Shown here: piece after piece, positions 48,332 through 61,479 of the stretch
Layout of the letters: every line of letters begins with the position of its first letter
Position numbering within the stretch: position 1 is the stretch's first letter
Assembly (NCBI RefSeq): GCF_006345805.1
Contig: NC_043000.1
Location: 108,624,001-108,688,000 of the forward strand
Direction: 5' to 3'
Origin: Octopus sinensis
Taxonomy: Eukaryota
Length of the DNA: 64,000 bases
The notes under the pieces: generated by a model
Databases searched by the model: none
What the model saw: the letters and a program-made list of their open reading frames with translations, nothing else
Told to the model about the DNA's origin: nothing
Made by a program: the position numbers and the translations under genes

Positions 48332-48619
48332 CTGTTGGAAGGATGGAGGAAAAAAAAACATCAATGAATAAGCAATAAGAACCTCTTGAAGTAGCAAATG
48401 ACATTTTTTTTTAATCAAGGGGGAAGACAGCAGCTATAGCCCTTTACAGGGTTTCCAAAGGGAGGGAGGAAGATATTTTCAAATTAGAGACCTAGCTTGA
48501 TTGTTGGTTGTAAAGTGAATTCTGGTAATCACACCTGAGATGCCAGGTAGAGGTGATAAACATAGTTTAACCTTCAAGCAGGCCATGACAGGATTTGAAC
48601 TCAAACCATAAAAAGTTGG

Positions 48620-48965
48620 AATAAATACTGCAAATCATTTGGTCAGATGCTTTTACACCTCAAAAAAAAAGGGCCCAAGCACTGAACCTTGAGGCACGCT
48701 ACTGCTCGCACTGGAGACATCAGACAGCGAACCATTAACTTGGACTTGGAAGGAGCGATCTGAGAGGAAGGCACCAACCCATCATACAATATCTGGATGG
48801 AAACTATATGCTTGAAGCTTGACAAGTAATAGGCGGTGGTTTACCGAGTCAAAAGCTTTGGCAAAGTCCAATAAAACGATGTCAACAGCATCACCATCAT
48901 CGAGGATGCGCGTCACCAATTCTTCCATTACCAGTAAGTTGGTCACCATCCATCTCTCAAGCCAA
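48620..48965 (-). mobile_element. CR1-like RT fragment
   Basis: VDIVLLDFAKAFDSVNHRLLL followed by VPQGSVLGP-like sequence. Confidence 0.8.
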
Positions 48966-49681
48966 GCACTGATAGAGTAATTGATAGAGATATACCAAGT
49001 CATCAACTAGACAAAATGAATTTAGTTCCTACCTACAAATAAACAGAAAGATTTATTCAACTTGCTCAATTTAATAATCAAACCAGCAACAACAAACTCT
49101 AAAGACTTTCCAATGAGGATTGGATGATATTTAAGATATAAAGTTTAGAAAACAACACTTTTTACTCAGGCGGGAAGACAGTGCCCCTCGGCCCATTTAA
49201 CAAGGCTGACAAGACTGATAGAAGGGAGGTGGTCTTAAATTTGAGATTTGGCCTGAATGCTTGCAGCTGGTGGTCATATCAAACATTTGGGGTATTAGAT
49301 CTGTTTCTAAGAGTTCAACTAGAAATTTTTTAACTATAGTCCTCTCCAAACAGAGATTACTGGGAATGCTACTACCATTCTTTGAAAACAATGGTAACTA
49401 AAACAGTTTCTGTAAACGTAAAATAATTAAAAATTGAAACAAAATAATAATAAAAAAAAAAACTATAAATGAAAGAGAGATGGTGAAAATCCTAGGATTA
49501 CAAAAGAGGACTTGCATTAATAGGACAATTTTCAATATGTTCAGAACATAGCAGTAATTAGAAGATCAGTTATTTTTGCTATTGACAAATAATATTGTAT
49601 AGAAAGACTTTTAGATTTGGAAAAAATGTCTCTTAATTTAAGTTCTTCATTGATAATTCTATAATCCAAGTCTAAGCTCAC

Positions 49682-49764
49682 CTGTGATTGGACACTTGAA
49701 CAGTTGATAAATTCAATGGAAGAAATGACATCGTCAAAGACAATTCCACATTTTGTGCTGTTAT
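49682..49764 (-). CDS. CAP: CAP exon, CARP beta-helix
   Basis: cttcag acceptor and CAG|gtgag donor. 83 nt. (D)NSTKCGIVFDDVISSIEFINCSSVQSQ, in phase with both neighbours. Confidence 0.95.
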
Positions 49765-50750
49765 CTGAAGAGAGATGAGAGAGATGAGAGTTATGAAAAG
49801 GACAAAGAAATATATCATCAAAAATCAATAATGTCATAATCAAAGGTCACATGACTGTTCCACTGACTAGAAATAACACCACACCCTCTTTGCACATTGA
49901 ATAATCTGATGAAAGATTCTGCCCAAAACATTATCCATTCTCTGAGTATCAACTCGATACTCCATTGAGTGAACCTCCATTGGACTTCTAATGTTTTGGC
50001 TTTTGATTTGCTTTGTAAATAAACCACAAAGAGAGGTTGGTCATGGCTGGAACATCCTTGGTCATAGGTCTGCTTGAACAAACCTGATTTTTGGCTAAAT
50101 AACATCAATCATAACGATTGTCTCAATTATTATCACAATCACATGCAGGCATGACTGTGTGGATACAGAGCTGGTTTTGGGTTCCATCTTACTGTGAGGC
50201 AAAACTTGTCTATTACAGCCTTGGGCCAACCAAAGGCAGGCCTACAAAGATCAGCTTATGACATTTGTTCATGGCATGTTCATCACCACCTCATGGGACA
50301 TTTGGCTTCCTGTATCTACACACACACAAGTAAAAGCATAGCTGTATGGTAAGAATCTTGCTTCCCAACTCCATAGTTTCAGGCTCAGTTCCATAGGCAA
50401 AGTGGCTTCTACAATATCTCTGCGGCTGACCAAAGCCTTGACAGTGTGTTTAGTAGGTGGAAACTGAAAGAAGCTTGTCAAGCATGGGTGTCTTACTGTC
50501 TTCTTGCCTTGATATCATGTGATGGTTGTAAATGAGTGTCACTAAGATATAAGTGGTCTCCATCCATGGGGAAATATTACCTTCCCTGGAAAGAGAAGGT
50601 AACAGGGAAATATTACCTTCCCTGGAAAGAGAAGGTTAGTGACAGCAAAGTATCTGGCCATAGAAAATCTGCTTTAAAAAATTCCACCCCACTCATATGA
50701 ACATGGAAAAGTGGGTGTATCTATATATAAGGAAGTAATTGGACTAATTA

Positions 50751-52064
50751 CACAATGTAACAATTTTCAAAAAAAATTTTGTTTATTGTATATCAATCCA
50801 TTTTTTCTGCTGATTCTAAAAATGAAATTATTTTTTGTGTATCATCAACAGTTAAGAAAATATGTCGACTTTCAATGTTATTATGTATTCGGTATTGTTA
50901 TAATGTTCCGCTGCTAAATGTATGTCTAATTTTCTCTTTCAGACCAATTACTAAGTTGTGCTACTTTCAGGATAGCTACTAGAATATGTAAAAATTCTCC
51001 AGATACATTTTGCTATGTGTGTGGTTATTATATTGGAAAAAAGCAGGTATTACATAAGATCGTGAAAGGTGCTAAATTGTGGATAGCATACAGATTCTAT
51101 TTTGGAATGCCCATGGGTGACCAGGACAAAACATGGGCCCTACATGTGATATGTGGAAGCTGTCGATCTACTCTAGAAGGATGGTTAAGAGGTACAGGAA
51201 GGTCAATGCCTTTTGCCATTCCAAGGGTATGGAGAGAGCCAAAGAACCATCACAATGACTGCTACTTTTGTATGATCGATGTGACAAAGTACAGAAAAGT
51301 GAAAGGAAGACAAGATCTTCAGTATCCAGATATACCACCATCTAGAGCACCTGTCCCACATGATGACAGTTTACAAGTATCACTACCACCAGAAAATATT
51401 TCATCTGAAGAGTCAACAAGTAGCAGCAGCCAAGAAATGGAGGAAGCTTTCATACCATGAACGACTTCAGAGCCTCACTTTCCAAATCAGAGTGAGCTAG
51501 ATGATTTAATCAGGGATCTGGGTCTTACTAAGTCAGGAGCTGAACTTTCATGAAGGTTGAGAGAATGGAATCTACTGGGGGAAGACTGCAAGACATCTGT
51601 GTACTGGAAATGCCATGAAGTGAGGATCATGGTGAGAGATTTCATTAGGACGTCGCAGCTATGGAAAGAAGATAGCAAGGACATGGGATACTGCTATGAT
51701 GGGAGATTATATATGGTCTCTAGTCAGAAGAGATGAAGAAAATTTCGATCGTCAAAGCACTTCTCATCTTAAGAAAAGAGCTATCAAAGCATTTACAGTG
51801 CAGAGTTTTATTGCTTCTTTTTGTTCTAACTAATATTATACTTCCTATATACCTTTCAATATATGAAAAAGTACTAAATGTTGTGTAATTATCCTTACAA
51901 TACTAGAATAGATTGAACCAACAAAGTGCTGTAGAGAAAAGTTACAAATATAACGAGCAAATATGAAATTAGGAATAAATAAATAACTATTGATGTTACG
52001 TCAAAATGAATGTGATTTTTGAACATAAAAAAATACAAATAAACAAAACATGTGTTACATTGTG
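50751..52064 (+). mobile_element. Internally deleted Chapaev3 (CMC superfamily) DNA transposon
   Basis: TIRs CACAATGTAAC...GTTACATTGTG with 3-bp TTA TSD (50748-50750, 52065-52067). Transposase relics CKNSPDTFCYVCG, DQDKTWALHVIC, WREPKNHHNDCYFC, ELDDLIRDLGLTK and HGERFH. Family name is from recall of these motifs and termini. Confidence 0.8.
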
Positions 52065-53100
52065 TTATAAATGAAGAAACAGTTCTGTGAAGCAAATCCC
52101 AGACAATGTTGTAGTCTGAGATGCACTGTGGTGGTTTTTTTTAGACAGTGGGGTTATCTCCCTTGCTACACATTGTTACCTGCGCATAACGGTAATGTAG
52201 CAAGTTACACTGATGATGATCTCCTCGAAAGTGTGTGGGGGTGGGGGTGGGGGCAGAGGGTCACTGTGGTACAACAGAACTTGGACATTGGTACTCAACT
52301 TCCCGTCATCTACAAATGATACGAGAAGGCATTCCACACAGCACTATATCTGTTCAATAACCAACAAATATTCTGCACTTGCCAGCTATTTGGCATGAAA
52401 TGATGAGGGCACTGACAGAATGGGAAGAGGGTCAGGCGAAGAACAGCTGATGCCAGATATTCAAAGAAGACCTCAGAATGCAATAAGAATACAAGTTGGA
52501 TAGGAACGGGAAGGATTGCAGTAAATTGACCAAACAGGAAAGAGTTTGCAGCATGGGAGAATCTCAGTCTAAGTAAGTATATGCTAGTTTTGACAAAGAT
52601 AGATTAAGTAGGTGGCTGAGGAGAGAGGCCAACAAACTGAAGACAAATCTACTTTAACATAATACTTTGCGTGGAAAGAGGAGAGGCAACAAGCAGGACT
52701 GCTGGTTATAGTAAAATTTGCTCAGGTGTGGCTGCATGGTAGGAAGTTTGCTTCCCTAGGTTCAATCCCATTGCATGGCAGCTTGGACGAGTGTCTTCTA
52801 CTATAGCCTTGGGATGAACAAAGCCTTGTGAGTGGGTTTGGTAGATGGAAACTGCAAGAAGCCTCTGTGTGTGTGTGTTGTCTATAGAATAAGCACGAGG
52901 CTTTAAAAAAAATAAGTATTTGTTTAATTAAGATTCTTCAAGGCGGTGCCCTAGCATGACCTCTAATGACTGAAATATAATATAAAAGATGAAAACAAGT
53001 ACCTTAATTGGAAAGTGGTGAGGATTGGCAACAGGAAGATTAGATGGCTTTTTGAAGTAATGCAAGCATGGAACAGAAGATATCAGGATGATACACTTAC

Positions 53101-53224
53101 CTACAACAATAGAATTAACTTTGCCAGTTACTTTGACAACTGAATTCCGACACTTGTAGATGTAAACAGTTTGCTTCATGCTGGTGTCTGTTAACTGGAT
53201 GCCTTGGTTGTTGTTTTGGTATTC
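53101..53224 (-). CDS. CAP: CAP exon, CARP beta-helix
   Basis: ttccag acceptor and G|gtaagt donor. 124 nt. EYQNNNQGIQLTDTSMKQTVYIYKCRNSVVKVTGKVNSIVV(D). Confidence 0.96.
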
Positions 53225-53534
53225 CTGGAAGGCAAGAAAAGGGATCATCAGGTGAGGCAGCTGAGGAAAGAGAACCAGTGGCAAAACCTTTATAAACATA
53301 TCTCTCTCTCTCTCACTCATGTATGGGTTGACCAACATGTCTTGTGGATGAAATTGGTAGAGAGAAACTGCATAGAAGCCTGTGTGTTGCTACTGCTTCA
53401 GTGGTGATGGTCACTGTCACGTCTGTCAAGCAAAACATTCAATACCCGTCCAAAATGCAAAGACATGGGATAAATTCTTTACTTGAAAGACTAGAAAGGA
53501 ATCTGGTCAGAAAAAGGGCTTGAAGAAGTTTTAA

Positions 53535-54501
53535 CCCTTTCGTTACCAAACCGCCCAAAGCCACCCGAAAGAAATTTTGGTTAATGTGACCAAACCGCCC
53601 AAACCCGCCAGAATTTACCTATTCATATTTAAATGAGAATATCAGAGCAAATCTCTTTAGTACATTCGTGAAAACACGTGATTATGCTTTGTAAACAGTT
53701 TCATGTTATCAAGCATTGATTCCGAATTGGAAAATTTGTGAAACAAATACTGGGTACTGTTGTGGATTTAGTTTTTATACAGGGAAACTAATGTTAGTCA
53801 GCATGGCTTAGGGTATGATGTGGTCTGGAAGTTATTGTTTGAAGCGATCAATGCGGAAACAAACTTACTCAGAATGTAAACAAACACAAAATGGGGGTTC
53901 AAATTTCGGAAAATTTGTGAAGCAAATACTGGGTACTGCGTGGATTTAGTTTTTATACAGGAAAAATAATGTTAGTCAGCATGGCCTAGGGAACGATGTG
54001 GTCTGGAATTTATCACTTCCATACCATAACCAGGGCCGTATATTATTTTTTGACTGATTTCTTTAGTTCGGTCAAACTTACGGTGGATTCCAATATTTCA
54101 GTTTATTCCACCTTTATGGTACACCTGTTGTGCATTAAATTCAACTGATGATATAGTGATGTGCACAATTCTTCTTTATCAAAATTTTGTTGCATACCCA
54201 TTTGAATATTAGCTAATGATTCATTTTCTATGGTGATGTTTAAACAAAGTTTTTATATTTTTACCTTTTGCTCAATTTACCTGGATTTACCTGTAATTAA
54301 AGTAACTTTGAGACAAAAGTTATGCAATAGAATTGATTAAGAACCCTTTCTTTAATTATGTTCCAAATATCACATTAATATGTTGATAAGTAAAAAAAGT
54401 TACAGTTATTTAATGAAACAAGCCTAGATTCATGATTATTTTAGAATTTAATTGAAACTCATGAGGGGTGTATTTTGGTCAGAAATATAGTAACGAAAGG
54501 G
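53535..54501. mobile_element. piggyBac-type MITE (967 bp)
   Basis: TTAA-CCCTTTCGTTAC...GTAACGAAAGGG-TTAA. Internal direct repeat of about 130 bp (about 53735-53870 and 53910-54010). Confidence 0.88.
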
Positions 54502-54893
54502 TTAAGCAACGCATGCCAGCATCAGAAACTGGATGAAAGAAATTTAAAGAGTTGGATCAAATAAAGAAGGAAATTCTTTCCTTTTCGCAAATCACAAGGT
54601 TTCGTCTGGCCAGAGCTTTTATTTCTATACTGTTCATTAGAAGAGAAGTAGATTTCCTCCTGAAGTAGCTTTTCTAATGCAAGGAACTGAAGCTAATCAC
54701 TCACTCATCACTAACAACAATGAGCAACCCTATTCTCTAATATGAGGTGGACTTTTATGTTTGGGTCAAAAATGCAGAAGAGTACCACTGTTGGGAGATG
54801 GACTGCTTGTCTGACCATCAATCCGCTTACCTCTCCACCACACACATCGATTAGAAACAAAGTTAAAAAGTCAAGCCAAGTGGGTTTACTTAC

Positions 54894-55072
54894 GATGATC
54901 CATTTCTTGTCCTGCAGTTCTATGAGAGGAACATTTGTCACTGGAGCATTGCCACCATAGGAAGGAGTTTTCTTAGTGTTGGCGTTGGTAGGTGATTTCA
55001 CGGGGCATCCTCCATCCTTACGTAAGGCTGGGTTTTTGTGGGTCTTCTGGTCATCAGTAACTTTCTTTAGAC
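54894..55072 (-). CDS. CAP: CAP exon: WH2 end, linker, start of CARP domain
   Basis: tttag acceptor and gtaagt donor. 179 nt. (G)LKKVTDDQKTHKNPALRKDGG...ELQDKKWII carries the CAP signature GLKKV-x4-KTHKNP-x-LR. Confidence 0.96.
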
Positions 55073-55935
55073 CTAAAAGAGAAGCAAAGTTAAAATTATA
55101 TGAGAGAGCATGCTGGGGGAGTGGGGCAGAGAAAGGTTGCGTTGACATGACAGATGAGACGAAAGACAGCAGATTCTTTTATGTAAAGCGCTTCTGTTTC
55201 TACTAATTCTTCCATTTTGTATATCTATTTCTTATACGGCCATAAAGCTACAAATTTATAGAGGAAGTATGCATGTAGATTATTGGTATCCATCCATTTT
55301 TTGCATCCTATTCCTAAGAGAGTGGCAGTAGAGTCCTCAAGTACCTCTTTCACAGGGTCCTATCATAAGCAGTTCTTGTTACTCTTTCAAGCTGGATTCC
55401 CAAGAGCAGCCAACTGAGACTAAGGATATTTATCTGACCATCTCATTCTTGGTTTACCCCAAGCTCTTCACCTGGTTGGTTCAGCTTGCAATTATTTCTT
55501 TCAACATTCTTTTCACATGTCCATAACATATGAGTTGTAAACTCCCATTGGGGAGAGAGTAACAGCTTGGCAGGGAGAGGTTTCTTTCGATATGAAAATA
55601 TTTTTTTTTTAAATTATCAAACGGCATCATCCATCAGATAGGTTAACTACGAATATATTTGAACCCTAGGTAGAAGAATCTATTTGAAAAATACATTGCA
55701 GCCCTCAGCTAGTGCCAGTCCAAAAAGTAATAAGCCTAGGAGGCGTGGGGGAGGAGCACCAAGGATGCAAGCATTTGTATTTTTTTAAATCTGGAATGAT
55801 AAATTAAAGTTGACTTCAGTGAAATTTGAACTCAACACCTAACTAAGTATCACAAATCACTTAGTTTGTCACTCTTCAAATTCTGCCATAGATACCATGA
55901 CATATTCCCATAAAATCTTTCAATAAAGAAAATTA

Positions 55936-56796
55936 TTGGGCCATCCCTTAAATGATGCGTTTTTTTCGATAGCAGGAAGTAATTGCCTTGGTCTTATTCT
56001 TAGTGCAAGTATTGAAGGGTACAGTTTGATTTAACAATTATTTTTTCAAAGCTATAATGGAAGTGACAAAAGAGCATATTTGGCATACTTTGCTTTATGA
56101 GTTCAATAAAGGCAACAATGCAACAGAAAGTGCGAGGAATATTAATGCAGTATATGGGGATCAGTCAATAAGCATTAGCTAGTGCCAATGGTGGTTCCAG
56201 AAATTCTGAGCTGGAAACTACAGCCTAGAAGACGAGCCTCATCCTGGAAGATCTGTAGAGCTTGACGAGGACATCCTGCAAACCCTAGTGGAACAAAATC
56301 CCATCAACTTTTAAACCCAAACCAAATGATAACAAAAGAGATCTACTGCGAGCAGATTGAGTGGTTTAAGACAGCACTAGAAAAGAAATGACCATCTTTG
56401 GTTCCAAGGCCTAAAGTGTTCTTCCATCAGGGTAATGCTTGACCACATACAGCGAAGATGACATTACAAAGGTTGGAGCAGTTTGAATGGAAAATGATGC
56501 CCCAACCACCATATTCGCTGGACGTTGTCCCATCTGATTATCATTTATTCTGCAGTCTTCAAAATCATTTGGACAGAAAAAATATGAATCCTGTAGACGA
56601 GGTCAGAACAGTATTGGAGGAGTATTTTTCATCATGGACAAGTGAATTTTGGGGGAGGGGCCTTGCAAGTCTACCAGACAGATGGAAGAGCATTGTAGAA
56701 AATGAAGAAGATTACATTTTAGATTAAAAAAGAGCTTTATCTTAATTTTGAAAAATAAAAGTATAAAAAAACTGCATTATTTATGGGATGACCCAA
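55936..56796 (+). mobile_element. Internally deleted mariner transposon
   Basis: TA-flanked TIRs TTGGG(C/T)CATCCC...; HTH region MEVTKEHI...YEFNKGNNATE and catalytic tail HQGNA-x-PH and QPPYSLDVVPSDYHLF. In-frame stops and a large internal deletion. Confidence 0.92.
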
Positions 56797-57699
56797 TATA
56801 TTAACTTTCTTGTACTAACATATAGCACATGCCTTTCCTCTATCATCCGACATCAACCTTACCCACACATTCCCCAACAAACCTTTCTTCAGAATTGAAA
56901 CCTACTAGAAGAAGTCCTCTCAGCCAATATTTACTCAACAAACTACAGATATCAACCGTTCAACATTCTTCAGATGACTCTGTCCAATATAATCCTTATT
57001 TATTCACATTGTTTTGAATTATGCTTTATCTTGTAGCTTCAATATTTCAATGATGTGATTTATTTTAGGGTGACCTTGCAGGGTGGGTATGCGAGACCAG
57101 ATCTGGCTGGTTTTAACTGGTTTAAATTAAACAACAATAGAATTGCACACACTTTTGTGTTGGAAAGTCTGTAAGCATCATCTTCAGTCTTTCCCGATGT
57201 TGGGTTGCTTAGTCCCAAATATCTCGTTGATTCTCGGTGAAAAACTAACCAAACAGTGAAATAATTAAACCCTTTAATTAACATTACCTATTTTCTCTTT
57301 CTCAGTCATCAAATCAACTGAAATGTCTGCTCACTGAACTAGCATGGAAGTGGTTGAATATTCCACAGACATGTTCCTTTTACTAAATTCTCTGGTTGAA
57401 TCTTTAAATTACAGGTACAAGACATGAGCTTTCATAGTTTCACACAATTTCACCACCCAAGCTTGGGTCGACATGAGGCTAACAAAATAGAGAGGAAAGG
57501 GACAGCCCCCCCCCCCACACACACACACCTAAAATGTCATGTACTACAATTGAACCTGAGACATTGTGATTGTGAAGAAAGCTTCTCAACTGTTCAGCCA
57601 TGGTGAGTGTTATTTTAATGAAAGAAACAAAAATCAACTCCCGACTTGTACTGGGCCCTACTTTTGTGTGCAATACAATCTCTTGAGAAATTAGAGCCA

Positions 57700-57900
57700 G
57701 CACTGAAAGTTATGTTTCGTACACAAATACATCTAATGTAAACAATGTGATTGAAGATGGGAAAAATAGATATTGGGTGTCTATGCATGTCTCAGGTGTT
57801 CTGGCTCCTTCTTCAGCACCACAACCCATTAACCATCTGCGAAGACATTGCTTAAAGCGCCTCAGCAGTGTAACACTACTGGGGAGACAAATTCTCATAG
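57700..57900 (-). mobile_element. Penelope-like pLTR remnant with degenerate hammerhead
   Basis: GTG-CTGAAGA-AGG...CCT-GAGA-CATG-CA at 57819-57784. Confidence 0.45.
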
Positions 57901-59489
57901 TAAACCCATTCCTGGCAATTGGTAGGGACAGTTTTTGTTTCGCAACTATAATATATTAGGTCAAAGGTTTAATCTCTCAGATTGGGCAGTGTGTCCTTGA
58001 GCAAGGCACTTCATTTCATATGGCTGAGTATCAAAGTTAACCTGGCCGGGATGGGACCCTGTTCAGGAAAGGATATTGTGCACTTGGTGACTTCTATGAT
58101 CTGAAAATGAGGATCAACTTTGGCCTTAGAAGCCTGCAGTGGGAATCAGGTTTTTCATCAACAAAGTAAACTCTTTTGTCCCTTCATCCTTATTGTTAAT
58201 AGCATGGTCGGCTGTCAGAATCAGAAGAGCATCATAAAAAATGTTTAGCAGCATTTCTTTCAGCTCTTTACATTCAGAGTTCAAATCCTGCCAAGGTTGA
58301 CTTTGGCACTTTTATTTCATTGACCCCAAAAGGATGAATGACACTCATGTACTTGGTTGATGGAATTGACTGGTCTCTAACTGAAAAAATTACTGGTCTT
58401 GTACAAAGATTTGCGACAATTATTATTATTAAGGTGGCAAGCTGATAGAACTGTTAGCATATCAGAAACAATGTTTAGCGGTATTTCTTCCGGCTCTTTA
58501 TGTTTGGAGATCAAATTCTGCTGAGATCAATGAAATTAGCTCCTTCCCACCAAATTTTCAACTTACTGAAGTAGAAAGAATTATTATTATTCAAATATTT
58601 TGATTCTTTACTCAGAAAAAGAAAAACAAAACCAATTATCTGGAACCGAGTTTCTTTTTATCTATGGACCATGTTTGTTTTTATTTTTGGATATCCAATC
58701 CAACCTGACCCTACCTGTCACCCGACTCCATGCTGTTATTTCTCCAAGTAAAATCAACCTCAGGCTACAACTAAAGAATGTGTTTACTTTTATTATCTGA
58801 TATTCCTCTGCTAAAGCAAAAACAACAACACACAGTTTCAAAGATTTCTCCATCCCACATCTCTGTCCTTTGTTTAGGTTCAGACATAATTTCTATTTTT
58901 AAAAGAACAGAAAGCACATACAAACATATGAAATAGAATTGTTTCTCCGCACTTCCCTCCCGAACACAAGCTGCAGGTAGCTTCCCATTGTTGTTTTAGT
59001 TTGTTTTCTTTCCAATTCATCTCACAAAAACAATCCTTTTGTAAGAAAATTTTTCTTGAAATCTAATGTTTCAATTAATTCTTAAAACATTGAAAAATTT
59101 ACTAAAGTAACTGGTTTTATTTTTCTTTTGTCTCTGAGTAATGAAAATATGTTTAAATAATCCTCTCTACAAAAGGAATAAGGCCTGAAATTTGGAGGGA
59201 GGGGACTAGTGGATTACATCAGCCCCAGTATTCCACTGGTACTTAATTTGTTGACCCTGAAAGGATGAAAGGCAAAGTTGACCTCAGTGGAATTTGAACC
59301 CAGAACATTAGGACAGATGATATGTTGCTAAGCATACTGCCAGCATGCCATTTTCAATAATAATAATAATCCTTTCTACTAAAGGCACAAGGCCTGAAAT
59401 TTTGAGGGAGGGGGCAAGTGGATTACATCAATCCCAATGCATAACTGGTACTTATTTCATCGACCCCCAAAATGATGAAAAACAAGGTT

Positions 59490-59790
59490 CTAAGCACTTG
59501 AAAGACAACTGAAAACTTGTGGATGCCTTAGGTTACAGGTAGTAACCCACTGCCCGCAAAATAATATTGCCCAAAAAGAAGTGGAGAAATTGTTTTTGTC
59601 AAAGAACAAAGACCTCAAAATTGAAGTATTCAAGGTGTGGGGAATGAAGGTGAAAACAATACCAGTAATAATTGGGCATGTTAAGAAACATGAACAAAAA
59701 CATAGAAGTGATACCTGGACCCTCACACTACACACTATCCAAAAAATATCCCTGCTAGGAACAGCCCACACAAGACACTATCAATTTAAT
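59490..59790 (+). mobile_element. Rearranged RLE-type LINE 3' fragments
   Basis: 59490-59570 matches 62815-62895. It is followed by DLKIEVFKVWGMKVKTIPVIIG...QKISLLGTAH. Confidence 0.65.
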
Positions 59791-60169
59791 AATATGACCC
59801 GAAGAAAAATAATCCACAAACACAAGACACTATATAGCAAATATCCAATAAAATAAACAACCACCAGCAGACTAGATACCCTACACATTGCACACACAAC
59901 ACAATACAAACACTAATACAACAAAAGACTGCACCAGATCCCATAACAAAAGAAACTGATGCAAAACAATACCGGAAAAAGTTAGCACACCGCCAACAAT
60001 AAAAAAGGACACAATGTCGCACAGACCCCACCAACACAGAGGTGTGGCTAATAATATAGAAGAAATTTGCTTGAACAATGATAATAATAATCCTTTCTGC
60101 TGGAGTTCTGTGATGCATGTAACCTTTTAATCTGCAACACTAACTTTAGGAAGCCAGACAGCCACCTGA

Positions 60170-60650
60170 TTAACCTACCAATCAGGTGACTATGCTAGCC
60201 AGAGTCCTCATCAGACAGCGGGATGCAAACTTGCTCTTAAATGCAAGGACCCTCCTGGGTGAAGAATGTATCCACCAGCAAAGACTAGTCATTAGTGACT
60301 TTAGACTCGAGGCCAGAAGGATGCCAAGAAGCAGACCAATCCAGAAAAGAAGGATTTGGAAGCTAAAGAACCCTTCACATGGTCAGAGATTTAGGGACAT
60401 CTTTATCAAGAAATTGATGAGAAGAGGAGCTACAGACTTCAGACACAGAGGGTAACTGGAAATTCCTACGGGACAGCTTACTGATTGCCACAGACCAAAT
60501 CTGCAGATGGTGCAAAGTCCCTTCCAGACCTAGAGTAACGTGGTGGTAGAATAAGATGGTAGACAAAACCATTAGAGCAAAGAAACAGGCCTGGAAGAGT
60601 TGGGATCGTAGGGAACTGTACCAGATAGCCAGAAGGGAGGCTTTTCTGCA
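60170..60650 (+). mobile_element. RTE LINE fragment (EN end/linker)
   Basis: GEECIHQQRLVISDFR...RRIWKLKNP, homologous to 43020-43400. Confidence 0.8.
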
Positions 60651-61072
60651 CCAGAGGACTTTCCAATTTTTCTCAAGATTCCAATTCAAAAGTGTAGATA
60701 GTCAGTCAAGAGTTGGGTCGAGTGCAGCATTGGTAATTCACTGACTTTTTCCCACCTTGGGACCTACACTTATATACGTATTAGACATTTTTTTTTCCTT
60801 TCCCATTCTCTTTACTAATGAGAAGAAGGAATAGAGTTGGCATCTAAATTGTTTTTCTTCTTCTGTTATGGTGTTAGACAAATTTAAAACTATTTTAATT
60901 TCATTAAATATAAGAATTTATTCAATTAACCCATGCCATTTTCAATTGTCACAATGCTAGCATGGAAAGCGGACGTTAAACGATGATGATGATGATGAAT
61001 GGCTCTCCTCACATCCTACACACATTCATCATCACATGACAACAAATAGATACCAAGGCTGTGCTTGCTCAC

Positions 61073-61256
61073 CTTTAGTAATATCAGTTCCTTTGTTAAT
61101 GTCATTGAATAATGCCACCCGGTCAGTTTCAGATGAACCACCATCTTTGGAGGAAACTGACATATCGATGGCTGGTGGTGGTGGTGGTGGAGGTGGTGGC
61201 GGTGGTGGGGCCACAAATCCTGCAGGGCCAGATGGAACGACTTTTGCTTCCCCTCC
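61073..61256 (-). CDS. CAP: Adenylyl cyclase-associated protein, exon with polyproline P1 and start of WH2
   Basis: tttcag acceptor (61259-61257) and G|gtgag donor. 184 nt. GGEAKVVPSGPAGFVA-P11-AIDMSVSSKDGGSSETDRVALFNDINKGTDITK(G) matches the CAP poly-Pro plus WH2 (ALF-x2-IN-x-G). Confidence 0.95.
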
Positions 61257-61479
61257 CTGAAAAAGAAATTGAGGGTGAAAATAAAAATAAGAACAACAGT
61301 GGTGCTTTATAAACGAAACAATAATAATTTCAAATTTTGGCACAAGGCCAGCAATGTTAGAGGAAGGGGTCAGCCAAGGAGACCAGCCCAGTGCTTAACT
61401 GGCTCCAATTTATTAATTTAACAACCTCCAAAGTTGATTTCACTAAGATTCCAGCTCAAAATGTCAAGAGTCAGAAGAA

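Noticed and set aside
49818-50108. 96-aa ORF adjacent to a CAP exon (duplicated or alternative exon?)
   Set aside because: No CARP similarity and no phase-compatible splice sites identified.
50569-50636. Tandem duplication with 36-bp period
   Set aside because: Local slippage inside a SINE tail. A similar 20-bp slippage occurs at about 6848-6890 in the RTE. No functional signal.
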